Origin: Deltaproteobacteria bacterium
Lineage (GTDB): Bacteria; Myxococcota_A; UBA9160; SMWR01
Length of the DNA stretch: 64,000 nucleotides
Assembly (NCBI GenBank): GCA_032128115.1
Contig: JAQBHB010000093.1
Coordinates: forward strand, 1 to 64,000
Direction of reading: 5' to 3'
In this document: positions 20,656-32,862 of the stretch, piece after piece
Position numbering within the stretch: the first letter of the stretch is position 1
How the letters are laid out: each line of letters starts with the position of its first letter
Translations under genes and position numbers: made by a program
The notes under the pieces: generated by a model
Told to the model about the DNA's origin: nothing
The model's database searches: none
Seen by the model: only the letters and a program-made list of their open reading frames with translations

Positions 20656-23600
20656 ATGGACCATTCCCCTCGAAATCTGCGCGCAACCGGCCGACCGGGT
20701 CGCCTCCTGCTCCTGGCGCTCTTCTTGCTGGCGCCGTTCGCCGTTGCGGGCGCCGCCCAGGGCGCGGCCTGCACCGCGGCGATTCCGTCGCTCGGAAGCG
20801 CCGCAGACTGCGCCATGTTCGAGGTGGGGACGGGGATGCTGAGCATCAAGAATGCGTCCGTTGTCGATATTCCGGCGGGTGACCTGTGCATCGCGAACGG
20901 CGCCAAGGCCTCGATCAAGGATTCCAACGTGATCAACGGCGGCGCGGGTGAGCTCCACTTCGGCAGCGCTTGTTCGCCGATTCCCTGCGGTCCGGGAGTG
21001 ACGGACCCGATTACCTTCGTCGAAGAGGACATGTCGGGTCGTGTCGCCGACGCCGTGGCCTTTGCCACGGCCGTTGCCGCACTTCCTGCGACCCAGAGTT
21101 TTGCAAGCCTGCTGGACAGCAGTTTCACGATCACCGGCTCGGGCGGCACGAACGTCATCGAAGTCTCGGGTGTCGCAGACGGTAAGGCCTTCGTGGGAAT
21201 TCGGCTAAACGACAACACCCAAACCATCACGCTCGCTGGCAGCGCCGACGACATCTTCGTGTTCAACGTAAGCGGCGATGTCGTGATGAAGGGCACCACG
21301 GACAAGATCATCCTGACGGGTGGCGTGGATCCGTCGAACGTCATCTGGAACATCGTGGGGAGCGGAAACGACGCATTGCTTGGAGAAACCGGCGCCAACA
21401 CCGTGGGCATGTGGGTCGATATCAGTGGGAGGATCGAGCTGTATGGGGGCAATCACGTCGGCCCGTTCATCACGGGTAACGGCGTCAAGGTCAGGGCCAG
21501 CGTCAGTATCACCGGGCCTGTTTTCCCGGGTTGCAGTCCGGGGTGCCCCAGTCCAGAAATCTCGGGGCTGACGCCCCGGGGCGTGAACATCCAGACGCCG
21601 TCCGGGCCCACGTCGGTTACGGCCAGGAACTCGAATTTCTACTTCTCCTGGTTCGACCCGTCCACCTGGGAGGGACACATCGAGGCGCTCCGGATCGATG
21701 TCGACGGTACGATCATCGACGCCCAGGACCCGCCAGTGGCGGCCATCGATCCGGCGACGAACCAACTGGAGGCTACGGCCGTTTCGTACTGGGACGCCGG
21801 CACGCAGCTGATCGGGTTCACTCCGCGCAAGATCTACACCACGGTGGGGAGCACCCAGAAGCTCCTGACCACCGGGAACGTCTCGGAAGCGAATCTCAAC
21901 ATTCTCGCCAGCGATCTGAGTTCGTACCCGAACTACCCGGGATCGGGCATCACGACCACCGCATTGCTGAAAACCGCCATAATCAATTACGCGCACGGAA
22001 TGGATGCCTTCGACGAGGACCTCGACACCAGCAAAACGGATATGCGGCCCTTCGCCCTCGGAGACGTGTTCCACTCGAACGCGACGTTGATCGGCCCGCC
22101 CGCGACGCCGCTGTATGGAGAGGCGGGCTTCGATGCCTTCATCACCGCCTACAAGGGTCGGGACTGGAGGCTCTACGCGGGCTCGAACGATGGCATGCTC
22201 CACGGCTTCGATGCGGGTGAAAGCTGGGACGGCGTGGATCCCGCTACCTACGACGCCGGCACCGGAGACGAAGTCTTCGGGTATGTGCCGGGGATCGTCC
22301 TCAACAGGCTCAAGTACACGCCGATCAACTCCTTCCGGACGGAGTTCTTCGTGGACGGGAGCATCGTCGCGAGCGACGCGTGGCTTGGCGATCTCGACAG
22401 CTCTGGCGGCAAGAGCACGGATGACTGGGCAACCGTCATGATCACAGGGCTTCGCAACGGTGGCCGGGGCTACCTGGCCCTGGACGTCACCGACCCGAGC
22501 GCCACCGTTGCTGGCTACCACGGACCGTATCCGAAGCTGTTGTGGGAGTTCACCCACGCGAAGCTCGGGAAGAGCTGGTCGCAGCCGATCATCACGCGCC
22601 TGAAGGTCGAGGCCGCCTCGGCGTCGGGCGACAAGTGCGGTCCGGACGATGGTGACGGCGACTGCAAGGAGCAGTGGGTGGCCATCTTCTCCGCGGGTTA
22701 CACGTGGATTGGGGATCCGAATACCGACGCCTTCGACCCCTCCACGGCCGGTAGGGGCAAGGACGTCATGATCGTCGCCCTGGATACGGGCGCTCTGCTG
22801 GCGACCCTGCGGCCCTCGGCGGGGGCAGCAGCCGCCGACATGATCTATGCGATCCCGGCCACCCCGGCGGTGATCGACGTGGATGAAGACGGCTTCGCGG
22901 ATGTGATCTACGTCGGAGATCTCGGCGGGCAACTCTGGAAGTGGGACGTGAGTGCAGTCGGCCAGGATACTGCCGGAGATGCCGAGTACGACAACTGGCC
23001 GGGCGGCGTCCACTTCAAGGTGGACCCGGTGGACATGGGGGGTGGCAAGTTCCACTACCGGAGCATGTTCGCGACTCCCGCGGCGGCGTACACCCGGGGC
23101 GTGCTGGTGCTCGCCCTGGGAACCGGCGAGAGGAACAATCTCACCTACGAGGGAGACGCGAGCAAGGACGACAACAATCGCTTCTACGTGATCCCTGACG
23201 CCACGCCGGTTGGCGCGAGCTATCCGCTCACGGCGAAGACGGAATCGGATCTCACGAACGTCACTGCCCAGGCCACGCTCCTGGCATTGGGCGCCACGGG
23301 TTTCTATTTCGTCGCCGAGGAGCATGAAAAGTTCATCACGGACGCAGCGATCTTTGCCGGGCACGTTCTCGTGACGAGCTTCAAGCCAGACATCTTTGTA
23401 GACGATTGCGGGCCCGGAAAGACGTTCTTCTATGCCTTCCGCATCGACAATGCCCTGGGTCACTTCACCACGGCCCTATCGACCGTACTCGAGAGTCGGC
23501 GCAAGGAAGTGGGCGCGGGCGTAGGCAGCGCACCGAGGGTGAAGGTTTCGCGTGATCCGAACAACGACTCGGTGTACGTCACCACGTCCGAGGGTGAGGT

Positions 23601-23667
23601 CCTGACCCTCGATCCCCCGGCGCGGACGGCAGAGTCGGCCTACATCTACTGGAAGCAGGTCTTCTAG
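20656..23667 (+). CDS. pilY1: PilY1/PilC pilus tip adhesin with N-terminal ice-binding-like (DUF3494-type) domain
   Basis: C-terminal PilC motifs LGDVFHS, YAGSNDGMLHGFDA, FFVDGS, GLRNGGRGY.ALDVTDP, D.D.DGFADVIYVGDLGGQLWKWD, GTG; ends YWKQVF. Confidence 0.88.
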   Translation: MDHSPRNLRATGRPGRLLLLALFLLAPFAVAGAAQGAACTAAIPSLGSAADCAMFEVGTGMLSIKNASVVDIPAGDLCIANGAKASIKDSNVINGGAGELHFGSACSPIPCGPGVTDPITFVEEDMSGRVADAVAFATAVAALPATQSFASLLDSSFTITGSGGTNVIEVSGVADGKAFVGIRLNDNTQTITLAGSADDIFVFNVSGDVVMKGTTDKIILTGGVDPSNVIWNIVGSGNDALLGETGANTVGMWVDISGRIELYGGNHVGPFITGNGVKVRASVSITGPVFPGCSPGCPSPEISGLTPRGVNIQTPSGPTSVTARNSNFYFSWFDPSTWEGHIEALRIDVDGTIIDAQDPPVAAIDPATNQLEATAVSYWDAGTQLIGFTPRKIYTTVGSTQKLLTTGNVSEANLNILASDLSSYPNYPGSGITTTALLKTAIINYAHGMDAFDEDLDTSKTDMRPFALGDVFHSNATLIGPPATPLYGEAGFDAFITAYKGRDWRLYAGSNDGMLHGFDAGESWDGVDPATYDAGTGDEVFGYVPGIVLNRLKYTPINSFRTEFFVDGSIVASDAWLGDLDSSGGKSTDDWATVMITGLRNGGRGYLALDVTDPSATVAGYHGPYPKLLWEFTHAKLGKSWSQPIITRLKVEAASASGDKCGPDDGDGDCKEQWVAIFSAGYTWIGDPNTDAFDPSTAGRGKDVMIVALDTGALLATLRPSAGAAAADMIYAIPATPAVIDVDEDGFADVIYVGDLGGQLWKWDVSAVGQDTAGDAEYDNWPGGVHFKVDPVDMGGGKFHYRSMFATPAAAYTRGVLVLALGTGERNNLTYEGDASKDDNNRFYVIPDATPVGASYPLTAKTESDLTNVTAQATLLALGATGFYFVAEEHEKFITDAAIFAGHVLVTSFKPDIFVDDCGPGKTFFYAFRIDNALGHFTTALSTVLESRRKEVGAGVGSAPRVKVSRDPNNDSVYVTTSEGEVLTLDPPARTAESAYIYWKQVF

Positions 23668-23669
23668 GC

Positions 23670-24221
23670 ATGGCAGGAGCGCTGGAGATGCGAAAAATGG
23701 AGAGCGTGGAGGGGGCCATGGGAGAGCACCGCAGGCGACAGACGTTGGACAATCAGCGGGAGGAGGGTATGGCCCTCCTGATCACGGTGATGGTCCTGAT
23801 CCTGCTGGCAGCCATGGCCGTGGCGGCGGTCTACCACGCCGGCGAAGAGTCGGCCGGCGGCCGGCGCACGAAGACGGCCATGGACGCTCTCTTCGGGGCG
23901 AATGCGGGCAACGAACTGGCCCGCGTTCGCATTGCGACCGGGGTTCTGGATGCCTTCGACATCGGCATGGCTGGCGGAGTCCAGGTGCAGAGCCGACGTC
24001 GCACGGATTCCACGCCACAGCCGATCGTCCCGCTCGGGACGACGGGCCTCGCGGACGACAACATGATCAACGTGGGTTCGGCCATCGGCATCACGACCGA
24101 GATGTACCGGGTCAACGTGACCGCCACGACGAATGCCGGGGCCGTCGCCGAAGTCGAGTCGAAGATCAGCTACGTCGGACCCGGCAGCGGCAGCGGCTCG
24201 GCCGCCGGAGGCGGCTACTGA
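23670..24221 (+). CDS. pilX: Type IV minor pilin PilX (start uncertain)
   Basis: REEG|MALLITVMVLILL lacking Glu5, typical of PilX; YRVNVTA. Confidence 0.8.
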   Translation: MAGALEMRKMESVEGAMGEHRRRQTLDNQREEGMALLITVMVLILLAAMAVAAVYHAGEESAGGRRTKTAMDALFGANAGNELARVRIATGVLDAFDIGMAGGVQVQSRRRTDSTPQPIVPLGTTGLADDNMINVGSAIGITTEMYRVNVTATTNAGAVAEVESKISYVGPGSGSGSAAGGGY

Positions 24222-24243
24222 GGCGTAGGCCCCGGGGCGGCCG

Positions 24244-24798
24244 CTAGCGGATCCCGGAGACCAGACGCGTCTTGTGGCCCAGGAGCTTCGAGAGTTCGAG
24301 CACGAAGTCGACTTTGAGGGGCGGCCAGTTCCAGAACGTAAAACCCAGATTGCCGAAGGCCCACGGCGGCTCGTAGATCCACAGATCGACCGGGTTGCGG
24401 CCTCGGCACGAGTCACAGGCGAGGGATCCCGAGCCGCTGCGGGTGAACCACTCGTCCAGTGCGTCCAGCCAGGGCAGACCCGGTTCGCTTGCGGTTCGGC
24501 AGTCAGGACACCGGGGGGTCAACTGGCCGCGGCCGGAGTCGAAGATGGTGCGGCCGATGGTGACGCTCACGCCATTGACCTGCAGGCGGCAGACCGCATC
24601 GTCGCCGGACTTCACTACGCTGGCCGCATTCGGACCCGGGCGATGGCCCCATGCGTCCGGATCCGGCAGGCAGCGGTCCTGGGACGGCTCGATGATTTCC
24701 CGGTCGATCATCAGACGCAGCACACGGCGCACGTGGAGCTCGGCGTCATCGACTGCCACTTCGCGATCCACCAGCGTCTGGAAGTGTTCAGCGGCCAT
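24244..24798 (-). CDS. Hypothetical protein with two CxxC pairs (Zn-ribbon-like)
   Basis: CPDC and CDSC; FGNLGFTFWNWPPL C-terminal motif. Confidence 0.7.
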   Translation of the reverse strand: MAAEHFQTLVDREVAVDDAELHVRRVLRLMIDREIIEPSQDRCLPDPDAWGHRPGPNAASVVKSGDDAVCRLQVNGVSVTIGRTIFDSGRGQLTPRCPDCRTASEPGLPWLDALDEWFTRSGSGSLACDSCRGRNPVDLWIYEPPWAFGNLGFTFWNWPPLKVDFVLELSKLLGHKTRLVSGIR

Positions 24799-25109
24799 GG
24801 GGCATCTCAACTCCCGAGCGGACGGGCCAGGCCGGAACTCTGACGGGCCAGGCGCGGAACTCCAGATGTAGTGGTCGGAAATCGGCGGAAGTGTGCTTTT
24901 CCGAAAGGTTCCGCCCGAGCGTTGGGCCCCCAGGGGAATCCGCCAGCGGTCCGGCGCGACCGATTCCTTTCGATCCAGGAGGTGCCTGGGCCGGCGTCTG
25001 CCGGCTCATGCACCGGCAGGTCCCACCGTCAACACTAAAATGTGTATCTCGGAGGATGAAGAGCAGCGGAGCCTTGACAGGCGCTTCCAGGGCCACCATA
25101 AGAGAGCCC

Positions 25110-26021
25110 ATGCGAAGACTTGCCTGGGTGTTGCTTGCGGTGGCGATCGGGATCGGGGGGGGCTCGGGCCCGTCGATCGGAGACGCCGTCGACCCGGCGG
25201 CGCCCGCAGCTGCGGCGCAAGCGCCCACCGCGGCGGATTCCGACGCCCAGCTCACGGCCCGGGAGATCTACCAGCGGGTTCTCGAAAACCGTTTCGACTC
25301 CTCGGTGCAGGAGTTCGTGCTGGTTTCAGCAGACCGGGCCGGAAACGAGCAGCGGCTCCGCATTCGACAGATGTGGAAGCGCTACCAGGAGGGTTCCGAG
25401 AGCCACGACAAGGGCGTCCTGTCCCGAACCGTACTCCGCTATCTGGAGCCCCCCGACCTGCGCCAGACCGCCTATCTGATCATCAACAACAACGACCAAC
25501 CCAACGATCAGTTCGTCTACCTGAAGAGCCAGCGGCGCGTTCGCCGCATGAATCTCCGGGACGAGTCGGTCTCGGGAACGGACCTGAGCGTGGAAGATCT
25601 GGTGCCCCGGGAGCTCGACGATGCCACCTACGAACGGGCGGCCGACGACGAGGTGGATGGCACCCCGTGCTTCGTGGTCGAGGCGACTCCCATCGAGAGC
25701 GCGGAATCGGCGTACTCCCGCTTCTGGCTCTACGTGGAGAAGGCGCACTATGTGCCCCTTCGGATCCGGTATTGGAATCGCATGGAAATCGAGATCAAGG
25801 AGCTGCGATCCCCCGCCGAATCGATCCGCGAGATCGATGGCATCTACGTTCCCAGCGAAGCCACCATGCGGCACCTGCTGGAGAGCAGCAGCACTTCGCT
25901 GGATCTGGACGTGCTGATTCCCAACCCCGAACTCCCGGATCAGCTGTTTACGGAACGCCAGCTGCACGCGAAGAAGCTGCGGCTGCCGAAGGGCATGCTG
26001 GAGCAGGCCCGCAAGCTCTGA
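25110..26021 (+). CDS. Outer-membrane lipoprotein-sorting (LolA-like) protein
   Basis: Signal peptide; YLEPPDLR.TAYL, DQFVYL...RRVRR, GTDLS.EDL, LPDQLFTER motifs; TTGACA-17-CATAAG upstream. Confidence 0.8.
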   Translation: MRRLAWVLLAVAIGIGGGSGPSIGDAVDPAAPAAAAQAPTAADSDAQLTAREIYQRVLENRFDSSVQEFVLVSADRAGNEQRLRIRQMWKRYQEGSESHDKGVLSRTVLRYLEPPDLRQTAYLIINNNDQPNDQFVYLKSQRRVRRMNLRDESVSGTDLSVEDLVPRELDDATYERAADDEVDGTPCFVVEATPIESAESAYSRFWLYVEKAHYVPLRIRYWNRMEIEIKELRSPAESIREIDGIYVPSEATMRHLLESSSTSLDLDVLIPNPELPDQLFTERQLHAKKLRLPKGMLEQARKL

Positions 26022-26030
26022 GCTGGGGCG

Positions 26031-28427
26031 CTAGATGCGAGCGCGAGCCAGCACGGCGGGCAGCAGCAGCAGGTCGGTGGCCGCACAGACCGCCAGGGTG
26101 AGGGCGCAGAGCAGGCCGAACTGGCGCAGGGTGGCGAACTCCGAGAAGGCCACGACCGCGAACCCCAGGCACAGGGTGATCGATCCGATGGCAATCGGCG
26201 GGCCCACGGTCCGGTTCGTGCGCAGGATGGCGGCGTCCGGGGCCAGGCCGCCCGCGCGTTCGGCCCGATAGCGCACCAGGTAATGGGCGGTCGCGTCGAT
26301 GGCGATGCCCAGGGCTACGCAGGCGATGAGGCTCGTAGGCAACGAGAGCGGCGCGGCTCCCCATCCCAGAAGCCCGAAGAACAGCAGCACGGGCACCACG
26401 TTGGGAATCATGGCCACGAGTCCCAGCCGCACGCGGCCCAGGAATAGAGTCACCAATACCAGGATCGCGAACGCCGCCGCCGTTACGCTTCGCGGTTGGC
26501 CCGACGCGATACCGTCGGCACTGCGACTCAGGAGGATCGTATTGCCCAATACCTGGCTCGTGACGCCGGGTGGCAGCGGCTCCAGCGCCAGTACGGCGTG
26601 GATGCGCTGCACCAGCTCCCGGATTCCCGCCGAGCCCACCTGTCCGGTGCGCACCAGGATGTTCGCGCGACTCTGGTTGACGTTGGAGAAGCGGGCCAGA
26701 TCGTGCTTCGGGATCATGTACACCAGATCGGCCACGGCCGAGCGCGTTTCGGGAACCCGCTCGGCGCGCGGGTCGTCGTCTCGCACCACCCGGTGGAGAA
26801 CCCGAACGAAGTCGACCATCGAAAGCGTGCGACTCACGCCGGGTGTCAGGTCCAGTCGCTTTTGGATGCGTTCCATGGCCGAGAGCGCTGCGGGCTCGCG
26901 GAAGGCGCCGGCGCCGGTGCCCGTCAGCACGACGTAGATGGGAATCGCGCCGGAGAGCAGCCGGTTGATCGCAGCGAAGTCGCGGCGCACGGGCGAGCCT
27001 TCCGGGAAGTAGGAGAGATAGTCCGTGTCGATCACGATGCGGGGAATCGCCACCACGGCGGCCAGGGTGATCAGGCTCCACGCGAGGAGAACGCGATTGG
27101 GCGCGCGGGTGGCGAGCCGCGCCAGGGCGTCCAGGCCCCCGTCGATCCCGCGGCGGCAGGCCCGGGCCAGGGCCGGGGCGGGCGCGCGGCGCGCCAGGCG
27201 TGGGAACACCATCAGGGTCGCCGGAATCGCCGTGAGCGAAAGCAGGGTCAGGGACAGCACCCCGAAGAGGGCGAAGCTGCCCATCTCGAAGACCGCGGGC
27301 ACGTCCGTGATCAGCAATGCCGCGAATCCGATCGAGGTGGTGAGGCCCGAAATGACCACCGGGGTTCGCATGGCCTCCAGGCAGCGCAAGACTGCGGTGG
27401 GTGGCTCGGCGCCCTGGGCCAGCTCGTCGTCGTAGCGCGACAGCACGTGCACGCCGTAGGCGCTGCCGACGGCGATCAGCACGGGGGCGAGCAGGGTGGT
27501 CAGCACGGTGAGGGGGCGGTCGAGCGCGGAGAGGGCTGCGAAGGTCCAGAGCGTGGCAAGCGCGACGATGCCCAGTGGCAGCAGCAGCATGCGCAGCGAG
27601 CCGGATAGCACGGCAAGGGTCGCGGCGATCACGACGAAGGCCGCCGGAATCAGCCGGCGCAGGTCTTCGATCATCATGCGGTAGACCTGGCTCTTCACGT
27701 GGGGGCGGCCGGCCACGTAGAAGCGGCGTTCCGCATTGGATGCGTCGGCGAGGATTGCCTGGATCCGGGCGTCGTAGCGCCCCTCGATGAATTCGCGGTC
27801 GGTCATGCTGTGGAACGAGACGTTGAGCGCCGCCACGCGGCCGTCGGAAGACACCAGGGTGCGCTCGTAGATGGGATCGGCCAGGGCGCGGGACCGCAGG
27901 CGCAAGAGCCCGTCGTCGGTCTCGGGAACCTCCGTGAAGAACGGGCCCACGTCGATCCAGTCGTTCTCGGCGTCGTACCGGAACGAGACCACATCGGCCA
28001 GGCTCTTGACCCTGCGCACCCCGGGCAGGCGGGCGATCCGGTCGTTTATCTGCTGCAGGACCGTCAGGTTCTCCCGCGTAAAAATATTGGGCGATTCCAG
28101 GGCGACCACGTAGACCTCGTCGTCACCGAACTCGAGCACGGCGCGCTGGTAGGCGGCGCGATCCGGGTCGCCAGCGGGAAGTAGCGGTTCGCTGGAGGGA
28201 TCGAGCTCCAGGTGGAGAGTCAGCGGGCTCCACGAGACCAGGGTCGTCAGGGCTCCGGCGCTCAGCCCCAGAGTGGCCAGGAGCACCGGGACCGGGTGGC
28301 CGACGATCCAGGCGGGCCGGAGTGTCGCCACGGCGAGGCCCGCGCAGAGCGCGAGAAGGGCTCCGACCGCGAAGCACAACGCCTCCAGGTCGTGGCAAGC
28401 GAGGCAGGAACCTTCCAGGCCCGTCAC
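26031..28427 (-). CDS. MMPL/RND-family transporter
   Basis: Two RND halves; AVGSAYGVH, SGLTTSIGFAAL, ALGIAIDATAHYL, FSEF.TLRQFG; GTGA overlap with the MFS stop. Confidence 0.85.
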   Translation of the reverse strand: MTGLEGSCLACHDLEALCFAVGALLALCAGLAVATLRPAWIVGHPVPVLLATLGLSAGALTTLVSWSPLTLHLELDPSSEPLLPAGDPDRAAYQRAVLEFGDDEVYVVALESPNIFTRENLTVLQQINDRIARLPGVRRVKSLADVVSFRYDAENDWIDVGPFFTEVPETDDGLLRLRSRALADPIYERTLVSSDGRVAALNVSFHSMTDREFIEGRYDARIQAILADASNAERRFYVAGRPHVKSQVYRMMIEDLRRLIPAAFVVIAATLAVLSGSLRMLLLPLGIVALATLWTFAALSALDRPLTVLTTLLAPVLIAVGSAYGVHVLSRYDDELAQGAEPPTAVLRCLEAMRTPVVISGLTTSIGFAALLITDVPAVFEMGSFALFGVLSLTLLSLTAIPATLMVFPRLARRAPAPALARACRRGIDGGLDALARLATRAPNRVLLAWSLITLAAVVAIPRIVIDTDYLSYFPEGSPVRRDFAAINRLLSGAIPIYVVLTGTGAGAFREPAALSAMERIQKRLDLTPGVSRTLSMVDFVRVLHRVVRDDDPRAERVPETRSAVADLVYMIPKHDLARFSNVNQSRANILVRTGQVGSAGIRELVQRIHAVLALEPLPPGVTSQVLGNTILLSRSADGIASGQPRSVTAAAFAILVLVTLFLGRVRLGLVAMIPNVVPVLLFFGLLGWGAAPLSLPTSLIACVALGIAIDATAHYLVRYRAERAGGLAPDAAILRTNRTVGPPIAIGSITLCLGFAVVAFSEFATLRQFGLLCALTLAVCAATDLLLLPAVLARARI

Positions 28428-29809
28428 GGCGAGGCGCCGGCCTTCCGGCTCGCAAGGGCCTGCCGGATGCGTGCGTGCTCGCGGGCGGTGAGCCGGAAGC
28501 GCAGGAACAGCGCGATCGCGACTGCGTAGCAGACGAACGGCAGCAGCCCGAAGAGCGCGCGCATGGCGATCTTCACGTCCTCGGACTGGGGCGCGTTGGC
28601 CACGAAGCCCGCGGCCTCCAGCGCGAAGCCGGTGATCATGGCCACCACCCCCGCCGAGCTCTTCTGCACCAGGTTCCAGGCGGCGAAGTAGGTGCCCTCC
28701 TTGCGCTGGCCCGTCCGCAGCTCGTCCCAATCGACGGTATCCGCCTGGATCGAGAGAGAGAGCATCTGGCTGCCGCCGCCGCCGATCCCCGCCACGACGG
28801 CCATGACACCCAGGAAGGGGAGGGTGTCCGGGCCGATGAAGAACATGCCGCCAAACGCGAGACCCGACAGGCTCATGGAAAACACCCACAGCCACTTCTT
28901 CTCGATGCGCCGTCCGGCACGCATCCAGAACGGGATCGAGGCGATCATGGGAACGAAGTAGAGCGGAAAGAAGAAGGGCATCAATTTCGGAACGCCGGCC
29001 ACGTACTCGAGCACGTAGGGCGCCAGCACGGCCATGGCGCCGGTTCCCATGTTCTCGATGAAGAACACCAGCAGCAGCAGGCGCGCGTGGGGATTGCGGG
29101 CGACGTCGAGCACCGCGCGCAACGGGCTCGGGGGGCCACCCTCGGCATGCTCGGGCCGCTCGCGCAGGCCCACCACCGGAATCAGCATCAGGCCGGCGCT
29201 CACCAGCGCAACGACGATGGCCAGGATCGTGGCGGTGGCGCGGGGGTCCGGGGCCGTCACGAGCAGGTAGAGACCGATGGGCGCGAGCAGCGAGCCCACG
29301 CCCCAGCCGATGTTGCGGTAGCCGAAGATTCGATTGCGCTCGTGGTAGGCCGGGCTCAGCTCGGCTCCGAGGGCAGTGTGGGGAACCTGGAACAGGGTGA
29401 GCGCCGTGAACAGACCGAAGATGGCCAGTGTCATCCAGAGCACGAGATCACCGCCGGTCAGGCTCCGGGGCGGGCTCCAGGTCATCACGAAGAAGGCGCC
29501 GACCGGAATGATGGAAGCCAGCATCCAGGGGCGGCGTCTTCCGAACCGCGTGCGGGTGCGGTCGCTGAGGAATCCGGCCATCGGGTCCGACACCGCGTCC
29601 CAGATGCGCGAGAGGCCGAAGATGCTGCCGATGGTGGCCGGAGCCATCAGCAGCACGTCCGTCGAGAACTTCATCAGGTAGATGAATACCAACAGGAAGA
29701 TGAAGCCGTTGCCCAGTGTGGGTGCGGCGTACATGAGAATCGTCCGGGGCGGCAGACGCTCGGGATCGGGAGCGTGTGCAGCGCCCGGACTCGAGCCGGG
29801 TTGGGCCAT
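28424..29809 (-). CDS. MFS transporter, glycoside-pentoside-hexuronide (MelB-like) family
   Basis: RIWDAVSDPMAGFLSDRTRTRFGRRRPW, ELS.AYHER, DWDELRTGQRKEG.YF. Confidence 0.92.
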   Translation of the reverse strand: MAQPGSSPGAAHAPDPERLPPRTILMYAAPTLGNGFIFLLVFIYLMKFSTDVLLMAPATIGSIFGLSRIWDAVSDPMAGFLSDRTRTRFGRRRPWMLASIIPVGAFFVMTWSPPRSLTGGDLVLWMTLAIFGLFTALTLFQVPHTALGAELSPAYHERNRIFGYRNIGWGVGSLLAPIGLYLLVTAPDPRATATILAIVVALVSAGLMLIPVVGLRERPEHAEGGPPSPLRAVLDVARNPHARLLLLVFFIENMGTGAMAVLAPYVLEYVAGVPKLMPFFFPLYFVPMIASIPFWMRAGRRIEKKWLWVFSMSLSGLAFGGMFFIGPDTLPFLGVMAVVAGIGGGGSQMLSLSIQADTVDWDELRTGQRKEGTYFAAWNLVQKSSAGVVAMITGFALEAAGFVANAPQSEDVKIAMRALFGLLPFVCYAVAIALFLRFRLTAREHARIRQALASRKAGASP

Positions 29810-29874
29810 CCGGCTGCTACTCTGTCACGAAGCCGGCTCGAACACGAGGATGGAGTGGCGCCCGGGCTCGCGCG

Positions 29875-30348
<474 letters not shown>

Positions 30349-31392
30349 TCAGGAGCGGACGCGCATGTGCCCTGGCTCTCCGGCCGCGATCTCGCCCACG
30401 ACGGCCCGGGCGGGGGTGGCGGCGGCCTCCAGGGCCGAGACCAGGGCGGCTTCGCGATCGGGCGGCACTGCGATCAACAGGCCACCCGAGGTCTGGGCGT
30501 CGCACAGCAGCAGGCTCTCGCCCGGGGGCAGGTGGGCGTCGAAGTGGGTGTGCGGCGCAACGTAGGTCCGGTTCTTCAGCGTGCCACCGGGTACACGCTC
30601 CTCTGCCGCCAGTGGTCGCGCGAAATCCAGGGCTGGAACCGCGCTGGAGTACACCTCCGCCGCCAGTCCGCAAGCGAGCAGCAGGTGATGCAGATGCCCC
30701 AGCATCCCGAAGCCGGTTACGTCGGTTGCGGCGTGAGCGCCCGCTTGGAGGGCGGCGTCCTTGGCGCCCTTGTTGAGGACGAGCATGAGGGCCACGGCCG
30801 CGTCGCGATCCTGGGGCGACAGGGCGGCCTGCTTCAGGGCCTGGGCCGCGATCCCCAGACCCAGCGGCTTGGTCAGCACCAGGCGATCGCCTTCGCGGGC
30901 GTGTGTCTGGGCCAGCGTGCGCTCCCCGTCCGCGCGGCCGATGACGCACAGGCCGTACTTCAACTCCGGGTCGATCACGGTGTGGCCGCCCACGATGGCG
31001 CAACCGGCCTCGGCCGCCTTGTCGCGTCCCCCCCGGAAGATGCGCGCCAGCACCCCGGTCGAGACCTTGTCATCGGGATAGCCGCAAACCGCCAGCGCCA
31101 CCTGGGGCTCTCCGCCCATGGCGTAGACGTCCGACAGGGCGTTGGCCGCGGCGATCGCGCCGAACGTCTCCGGATCGTCCACGATCGGTGTGATGAAGTC
31201 CACGGTGAACACGAGCGGGGGACCGTTGCTGGGGCGCACCACGGCCGCATCCTCCAGGGGGCCCACGTCCGGGTCCACCCAGGAGTGCGGGAAAGGCTCG
31301 ATCTGTTTCAGGACCTTCACGAGGTCCTCGGCACCCAGCTTGCGGGCTCAGCCGCCGGCCGGAACGAGTGCCGTCAGGCGCACGTCGTCCAT
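30349..31392 (-). CDS. selD: Selenide, water dikinase with in-frame UGA (selenocysteine) at codon 15
   Basis: AGGAGG RBS; MDDVRLTALVPAGG-U-ARKLG; EDAAV, TVDFITPIVDDP..FG.IAAANALSDVYAMGG, GGHT, TDVTGFG, DAQTSGGLL. Confidence 0.95.
31310..31328 (-). promoter_or_regulatory. Candidate bacterial SECIS hairpin
   Basis: aggacct-cgtga-aggtcct on the mRNA, starting about 19 nt after the UGA (31348-31350). Confidence 0.65.
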
Positions 31393-31401
31393 CGTACCTC
31401 C

Positions 31402-32829
<1,428 letters not shown>

Positions 32830-32862
32830 GACGCATCCTCGAATCACGGGGGGTGGTTCGGG

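Noticed and set aside
30349..31320. selD as a truncated gene or pseudogene (ORF-track start)
   Set aside because: The upstream in-frame UGA aligns with the catalytic Cys/Sec and has an RBS, ATG and SECIS-like hairpin.
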